A stretch of DNA of 64,000 bases from Aquificaceae bacterium (GTDB lineage: Bacteria; Aquificota; Aquificia; Aquificales; Aquificaceae). The translations under genes were made by a program, and so were the position numbers. The notes beneath the pieces were generated by a model that saw only the letters and a program-made list of their open reading frames with translations, did no database searches and had not been told where the DNA came from. The stretch lies in assembly GCA_037925075.1 (NCBI GenBank), contig JAXSNR010000001.1:640001-704000 (forward strand), read 5' to 3'. Of this stretch, positions 58,720 through 64,000 are shown piece by piece; position 1 is the stretch's first letter, and the number at the start of each line of letters is the position of its first letter.

Positions 58720-60143
58720 ACTTTTACCTCCTCTATGAGATACTTATGGATAGCTTGTGAAGCTTTTCTTCCCTCCGCTAAAGCCCTCACCACCGTATCC
58801 CCACCGTTTACCGCATCTCCCCCTGCAAAAAGCCCCTTTATGGAAGTTCTAAAGCCCTCATCCACTTTAATAGTTCCCCACTTGGTAAGCTCAAGACCGG
58901 GCATATCCTCGTAAGCTACAGGGTTTGCCTTCTGACCTATGGCAAAGATCACAGAGTCGCACTCTATTATGTGCTCGGAACCTTCTATAGGTACGGGTCT
59001 TGGTCTTCCACTTTCGTCAGGCTCACCAAGTGCCATTCTTATGCATTTTAGCCCTGCCACTTGTCCCTCATTGTTTCCAAGTATTTCCACAGGTTGAGTT
59101 AGCCAGTGTATTATGGCTCCCTCTTCTGATATGTGATCCCACTCCTCTTGGCGTGCGGAGGAGGTCTCCCTGGTTCTTCTGTAGACCACATGCGTCTCCA
59201 CTCCAAGCCTGAGGGCTGTTATGGCACAGTCCACCGCGGTAAAGCCACCGCCTATGATGGCTGTTTTTCTTCCAAGGTTTACGGGCGTTCCGCCTTCTGG
59301 GAAAAGGTCTCCCCTAAAAAGCCCTACCCTTGCGAGCACCTCTATGGCGGAATAAACACCTTTGAGGTGGTCTCCCTTTATACCAAGAGAGCCCCTACCA
59401 GCACCAACACCAAGAAAAACCGCATGGTATTTTTCCAAAAGCTCCGAAAGTTTTACAGTCCTCCCTACCACATAACCAAAGAAGAACTTAACACCCAACC
59501 TCTCAAGCCTTCTTATCTCCCACTCTAACACATCCCTTGGAAGCCTAGCATGGGGTATGCCATATGCCATAACACCACCCGCCTTTGAAAGGGCTTCAAA
59601 GATGTGGACTTCATGCCCTAACCTGGCAAGGTCGTAGGCACAGGCAAGCCCGGCAGGTCCAGCCCCAACAACCGCCACCCTGTAGCCCATAGGCTCCGCC
59701 CTTTTGCCATCAACCTCAAGCCCCGATATTCTCACAAAGTCTCCCACAAACTTCTCCAAAGCCCCTATGCTTACAGGTAGTCCTTTATTTTTTCTGCCTC
59801 TGACCGTGTCGTAGTAGAGAATACATGAGCCTTCACATTGCCCTTCTTGAGGACATATCCTTCCGCAGATGGATGGAAAGGGGTCCGTTTCTATTATCTT
59901 TTTATACGCTCCAATTAGGTCTCCTTCTGTTATCTTCTTTATAAAGCCCGGTATATCCACGTGAATGGGACATCCCTTTATACACCTCTGGTCCGCATCC
60001 TTACAAAAAAGACATCTTTGTGCCTCGTCAAGGGCAAGGCTCACCGAGTAGCCAAAGGCGTACTCTCTAAAGGTCTTTACCCTCTCAGAGGGAGGCATAA
60101 GAGGTTCTGTGTTTCTGTCTTCGTATCTTATACGCTTAGCCAT
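58716..60143 (-). CDS. gltD: Glutamate synthase small-subunit-like NAD(P)H oxidoreductase (GltD/SudA)
   Basis: EAQRCLFC, CP...DIP, CGRICPQ..QCE, GAGPAG, AGGD...G.TVV.A. Confidence 0.85.
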   Translation of the reverse strand: MAKRIRYEDRNTEPLMPPSERVKTFREYAFGYSVSLALDEAQRCLFCKDADQRCIKGCPIHVDIPGFIKKITEGDLIGAYKKIIETDPFPSICGRICPQEGQCEGSCILYYDTVRGRKNKGLPVSIGALEKFVGDFVRISGLEVDGKRAEPMGYRVAVVGAGPAGLACAYDLARLGHEVHIFEALSKAGGVMAYGIPHARLPRDVLEWEIRRLERLGVKFFFGYVVGRTVKLSELLEKYHAVFLGVGAGRGSLGIKGDHLKGVYSAIEVLARVGLFRGDLFPEGGTPVNLGRKTAIIGGGFTAVDCAITALRLGVETHVVYRRTRETSSARQEEWDHISEEGAIIHWLTQPVEILGNNEGQVAGLKCIRMALGEPDESGRPRPVPIEGSEHIIECDSVIFAIGQKANPVAYEDMPGLELTKWGTIKVDEGFRTSIKGLFAGGDAVNGGDTVVRALAEGRKASQAIHKYLIEEVKV

Positions 60144-60199
60144 TAGTTAATAATTATATGCGTAGAAGGTGAATTGTAGCAAAACTTACAAGAGACCCC

Positions 60200-60228
60200 T
60201 TGACAAATGAAAAAGATTTGCATATAAT
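60200..60228 (+). promoter_or_regulatory. Consensus sigma70 promoter with a Fur/PerR-like inverted repeat
   Basis: TTGACA-17-TATAAT; CAAAT-N7-ATTTG at 60204-60220. Confidence 0.75.
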
Positions 60229-60263
60229 ATATATAACCAAAAACCTTAAAGGAGGTGTTAGAC

Positions 60264-60695
60264 ATGAGCAAGAGCCTAAAAGGAACAAAGACCCTTGAGA
60301 ACCTTAAGCATGCCTTTGCGGGAGAATCCCAGGCAAACAGAAGGTACCTCTACTTTGCCAGAAAGGCGGACATTGAGGGCTATCCAGACATAGCCAACAT
60401 TTTCAGGGAAACCGCGGAAGGTGAAACAGGGCACGCCTTCGGGCACATTGAGTTTATGGAAAAGTACGGCGGTGGTGACCCTGCTACCAACATGCCCATA
60501 GGCACCATGGAACAGAACCTCGAAGCTGCAATAGCGGGAGAGACCTACGAGTACACGGAAATGTATCCCGGCTTTGCAAGAGTGGCAAGGGAAGAAGGCT
60601 TTGAGGACATAGCTGAATGGTTTGAAACCCTTGCAAGGGCGGAAAAGTCCCACGCAGGAAGGTTCCAAAAGGCTTTGGAGTCTCTTAAGGGATAA
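60264..60695 (+). CDS. Rubrerythrin (short form, no rubredoxin domain)
   Basis: [32 protein letters not shown]. Confidence 0.92.
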   Translation: MSKSLKGTKTLENLKHAFAGESQANRRYLYFARKADIEGYPDIANIFRETAEGETGHAFGHIEFMEKYGGGDPATNMPIGTMEQNLEAAIAGETYEYTEMYPGFARVAREEGFEDIAEWFETLARAEKSHAGRFQKALESLKG

Positions 60696-60749
60696 TCTCA
60701 AGTCCTCAGGGGGCGCCCGCCCCCAATTTAAAAACATAAGGAGTGTATC

Positions 60750-62039
60750 ATGCAAGAGCTTGCCCTCGGTGGAGTAAAGGATTTTGAGTTCAATATAAAG
60801 GACCCCAACTTCTTAAAGGAAGAAGCTTTATGGGAAGAGGCAAAAAGGGTATATTCCAAGTGTAAGGATTGTAGGATGTGCGTTACTTATTGTCCCTCTT
60901 TTCCTGCCCTTTTTGATGCGGTGGACAGACACGAGGATAATATTGAAAAGCTTACCAAAGAAGAGCTTGCTCTTCCCTTAGAGCTTTGTTTTCACTGCAA
61001 ACAGTGCTACTTTAAATGCCCTTACACACCACCTCACGAATGGAAAATAGATTTTCCCCACCTTTCCCTTAGGTACAAGGTTTGGAAGTTCAAAAACAAG
61101 GGAGCAAAGCTCACCGACAAGTTTATGCTAAACACAGACCTTGTGGGAAAGCTCTCTCTACCCTTTGCTCCCATAGTTAACAAGGTTAACAACATTCCAA
61201 TCTTCAGGGTGATCATGGAAGGACTTATGGGGGTGGACAGAAGGGCAAAACTTCCCACCATAAACTCAGAAACCTTTGTAAGCTGGTTTAAGAAAAACAG
61301 AAAGCCTGTTAAGGGAGAAAATGGTAAAGTTGCCCTCTTTTATACCTGTCTTCTTAACTACAACTACCTTGATAGGGGTAAAGCCTTAATCAAAGTCTTT
61401 GAGAAAAACCATATATATGTGGAGCTTCCAGAACAGCAGTGTTGTGGCATACCATTTTTTGACATAGGTGATATAGACTCAGCCATAGAAAAGGCTAAGT
61501 TTAACGTGCAAAGGCTAAAGCCCTACGTGGATGCGGGTTTTGATATAGTGGTCCCTGTGCCTACCTGTGCCTTGCAGATAAAGTACGAATATCCACTGCT
61601 TTTGCCCGACGATCCAGATGTGAAGGCGGTTTCCCAAAGGGTCTACGATGTGCATGAGTACCTTTTTAAGCTACATCAAGAAAAGAGGTTTAACAAAGAC
61701 TTTAAGGTTTCTTTGGGAAGCATAGCCTACCATATTCCCTGTCATCTCAAGTCTCTCAATGTGGGCTATAGAGCAATAGCACTCATGAGGCTTATACCTA
61801 ACACAAAGGTCCAAATCATAGAAAGGTGCTCAGGGCATGATGGCACCTTTGGTGTTCGTAAGGAAACCTTTGATATGTCTGTAAAGGTGGGTTCAAGGCT
61901 TTTTGAAGATATGAAAAACTCAGGTGCGGACCTTTATGTGTCCGACTGCCCGCTTTCAGGAAATCATATAGAGCTAATGACTGGCAAAAGGGTCTACCAC
62001 CCTCTTGAAGTGTTGGCAATGGCTTACGGAGAGGACTAA
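60750..62039 (+). CDS. Fe-S oxidoreductase (GlpC/HdrD-like, CCG domains), rubrerythrin-associated
   Basis: CKDCRMC..YCP, CFHCKQC..KCPY, QCCG, HIPCH, CSG, SDCP. Confidence 0.88.
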   Translation: MQELALGGVKDFEFNIKDPNFLKEEALWEEAKRVYSKCKDCRMCVTYCPSFPALFDAVDRHEDNIEKLTKEELALPLELCFHCKQCYFKCPYTPPHEWKIDFPHLSLRYKVWKFKNKGAKLTDKFMLNTDLVGKLSLPFAPIVNKVNNIPIFRVIMEGLMGVDRRAKLPTINSETFVSWFKKNRKPVKGENGKVALFYTCLLNYNYLDRGKALIKVFEKNHIYVELPEQQCCGIPFFDIGDIDSAIEKAKFNVQRLKPYVDAGFDIVVPVPTCALQIKYEYPLLLPDDPDVKAVSQRVYDVHEYLFKLHQEKRFNKDFKVSLGSIAYHIPCHLKSLNVGYRAIALMRLIPNTKVQIIERCSGHDGTFGVRKETFDMSVKVGSRLFEDMKNSGADLYVSDCPLSGNHIELMTGKRVYHPLEVLAMAYGED

Positions 62040-62048
62040 AATTCTCCT

Positions 62049-62414
62049 GTGGAAAGAAAAAGGTACATTGAGGCTATTGGTAAAACCATAGAAAGGATAT
62101 TGGGGAGGGAATGCCTTATAGTCTTCTTTGGTTCTGTGCTAAGGGAGGATTTTGGTAGGACTTCAGACATAGATGTGGCTGTTTTCTGCTCTGAGCCTTT
62201 GACTTATAGGGAATACCTTAAAGTTCTTTTGGAGCTTGAGACCCTTCCCTTCCTTAGAGACATAGACCTTGTGGACCTGTGGCGCGTAAACTCCGCGGAT
62301 TTTTTGAGTAAAATAGTTGAGGAGGGGTACTTTTGGAAAAGCTCAGAAGGTCTTATAACGCTTTTGAAAGGGCGTTTAAAAGGTTTGAGGAGGTCAGAAA
62401 TCAAAACCTTATGA
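62049..62414 (+). CDS. Minimal nucleotidyltransferase (MNT antitoxin-like)
   Basis: FFGSVLR...SDIDVAV...DIDLVD. Confidence 0.85.
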   Translation: MERKRYIEAIGKTIERILGRECLIVFFGSVLREDFGRTSDIDVAVFCSEPLTYREYLKVLLELETLPFLRDIDLVDLWRVNSADFLSKIVEEGYFWKSSEGLITLLKGRLKGLRRSEIKTL

Positions 62415-62611
62415 GCTTTTTCACGGAAGATTTTTACACGGAAATAGTGGTAAAACGTTTTGAATACCTTTATGAAGCCCTATGGAAGACTGCCAAGGAG
62501 TTTTTGAGGGTCAGGGGTATTGAATGCTACTCTCCAAGGTTAAGGGACAGGCTTTTGCAAGAGGATATATACAGGCTCTTTATGGAGCTACTTCTTAGGC
62601 TAAAGCCATGA
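62333..62611 (+). pseudogene. HEPN (HI0074-like) protein, internally deleted
   Basis: VKRFEYLYEALWKTAK...SPR is present, but the protein is only 92 aa and has no R-X4-6-H motif. Confidence 0.6.
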
Positions 62612-64000
62612 GGTTTTTTCCTTTGGGCATAGCCGGGCATGTGGACCATGGAAAGACCTCTCTTGTGAAGGCACTCACTTCCATAGACACGGACAGACTG
62701 CCGGAGGAAAAGAGAAGGGGTATGAGCATAGATATAGGCTTTGCCTTTCTGGACTTTCCGGAGAAAAATCTCAGGGTTGAGATAATAGACCTGCCTGGGC
62801 ATGAGAGGTTTGTAAAGAACGCCATATGTGGGCTTGCTCCCGTGTGGGGGCTTTTGCTGGTGGTGGATGTGGGTGAGGGTGTGATGCCACAAACTGTGGA
62901 ACACCTCAGGCTTGCAAAGAGCTTTGTGTTGCGGGAGTTAGTCCTTGCCCTTACCAAGATAGACAGGGTGGATGCACAGATCGTTGAGCTTGCAAAGGAG
63001 GAAGCCCTTGATATGCTTGCCTCTGAAGGTATGGAAGCTTTTGGGGTTTTTCCCGTTTCCGCCTTAAAAGGTGAAGGTCTTGAAAAACTTAAGGCTGGTA
63101 TAGGGGAGTATGCTAACAAACATATAAGGGATAGGGACAAGCACCTTTTTAGGTTTTTTGTGGATTCCGCCTTTAGTGTAAAGGGCTATGGGACGGTGGT
63201 AAGGGGTAGCTGTGTCTCTGGTAGCGTGGCTGAGGGGGATGTCCTTATTCTTGAGCCTCTTGGCAGGCCTTGTAGGGTTAGAAGGATGCAAAACCATGGA
63301 GTGTTTGTAAAAGAGGGAAGGGCCGGAGAAAGGTTAGCTTTAAACATTCCAGACCTTGAACCAAAAGAGGTGGAAAGGGGTTATTTTCTCGTAAAGGGCA
63401 TAAAAGCCTCCAATAGATTAATAGTGAAGATTGAAGGACAGATACCTAAAGGGGTTTCCTACCTTTTCCTTGGTATGCGTGAGGTCTCCTTCTTGCACAG
63501 ACACATGCATGAGGATTTTTATTTGCTTAGACTTTCAGAGGCTGTGCCTGCGGTCAGGGGCGATAGAGGACCGGTGCTAAGCTCCTCTGGGAAGCATGTG
63601 GGCTCATACGAGGTGGTCCATCCCCTGCCTGTGAGAAGCTCCAAGATGTTTATCAGGGAAAACCTAAGCCTTCTTTTGGAACATCCGGAGGAGTACCTTC
63701 TCCTTGAGAGAGCTACAAGGGGGCTTAGCCTTGAAGAGCTTTTTTCCTTCTACGGCTTAAAAGTCCAACCACCAAAATATCCAAAAGTGGGAGGGAAGTT
63801 TTACCATCCCGAGTTGTTAAAGGGTCTCTCTGAAAGGCTAAGAAGCCTTCTTTCCATGAAGGGTGGGGCTGTGCCCCTTTCTGAGGCTCTTTCTAAGCTG
63901 AAGGTCTCTCAGGACCTTCTTGGGCTTATACTTGAAAAAAGCGGTGATTTAAAAGTGGTTGAAGGCTACCTGCTGGATACAAAAAGGGCAAGGCTTGAGG
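62608..64000 (+). CDS. selB: Selenocysteine-specific elongation factor, partial (runs off the window)
   Basis: Manual translation: MRFFPLGIAGHVDHGKTSLVKALTSIDTDRLPEEKRRGMSIDIGFA...DLPGHERFVKN. Absent from the ORF track, apparently because it runs off the window end. Confidence 0.93.
   Translation, partial: MRFFPLGIAGHVDHGKTSLVKALTSIDTDRLPEEKRRGMSIDIGFAFLDFPEKNLRVEIIDLPGHERFVKNAICGLAPVWGLLLVVDVGEGVMPQTVEHLRLAKSFVLRELVLALTKIDRVDAQIVELAKEEALDMLASEGMEAFGVFPVSALKGEGLEKLKAGIGEYANKHIRDRDKHLFRFFVDSAFSVKGYGTVVRGSCVSGSVAEGDVLILEPLGRPCRVRRMQNHGVFVKEGRAGERLALNIPDLEPKEVERGYFLVKGIKASNRLIVKIEGQIPKGVSYLFLGMREVSFLHRHMHEDFYLLRLSEAVPAVRGDRGPVLSSSGKHVGSYEVVHPLPVRSSKMFIRENLSLLLEHPEEYLLLERATRGLSLEELFSFYGLKVQPPKYPKVGGKFYHPELLKGLSERLRSLLSMKGGAVPLSEALSKLKVSQDLLGLILEKSGDLKVVEGYLLDTKRARLE

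Noticed and set aside
62527..63297. Minus-strand ORFs 62527-62904, 62595-63140 and 63064-63297
   Set aside because: Antisense shadows of selB.

Overview
Gene-dense chromosomal window, most likely from a thermophilic Aquificaceae bacterium (Hydrogenobacter/Thermocrinis-like). That assignment is inferred from gene content, short intergenic spaces and many leaderless-type starts. The window opens with the 3' end of tmRNA. An accessory region follows at about 1.2-15.7 kb, with three parts. (i) A coupled two-gene operon encodes a PD-(D/E)xK nuclease-SF2 helicase fusion and a 770-aa protein with a divergent Argonaute-like MID-PIWI C-terminus; this candidate PIWI-based defence system is the most novel-looking element. 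(ii) An AT-rich island bounded by a 33-bp direct repeat carries a solute-binding protein, a histidine kinase, a sigma54 activator, a Tat-exported DsrE protein and a decayed porin. (iii) There is also an orphan lipoprotein. The rest is mostly core genome: dnaE, comM, a candidate oriC (24.4-25.0 kb), bioB, encapsulin, lptAC/kdsC, a selenocysteine formate dehydrogenase operon with SECIS and tRNA-Sec, thrS, phoU, modABC, minCDE, tRNA-Asn, ftsW, a rubrerythrin cluster, a degenerate MNT-HEPN pair and a partial selB. All calls come from motif reading by eye; no database searches were run.
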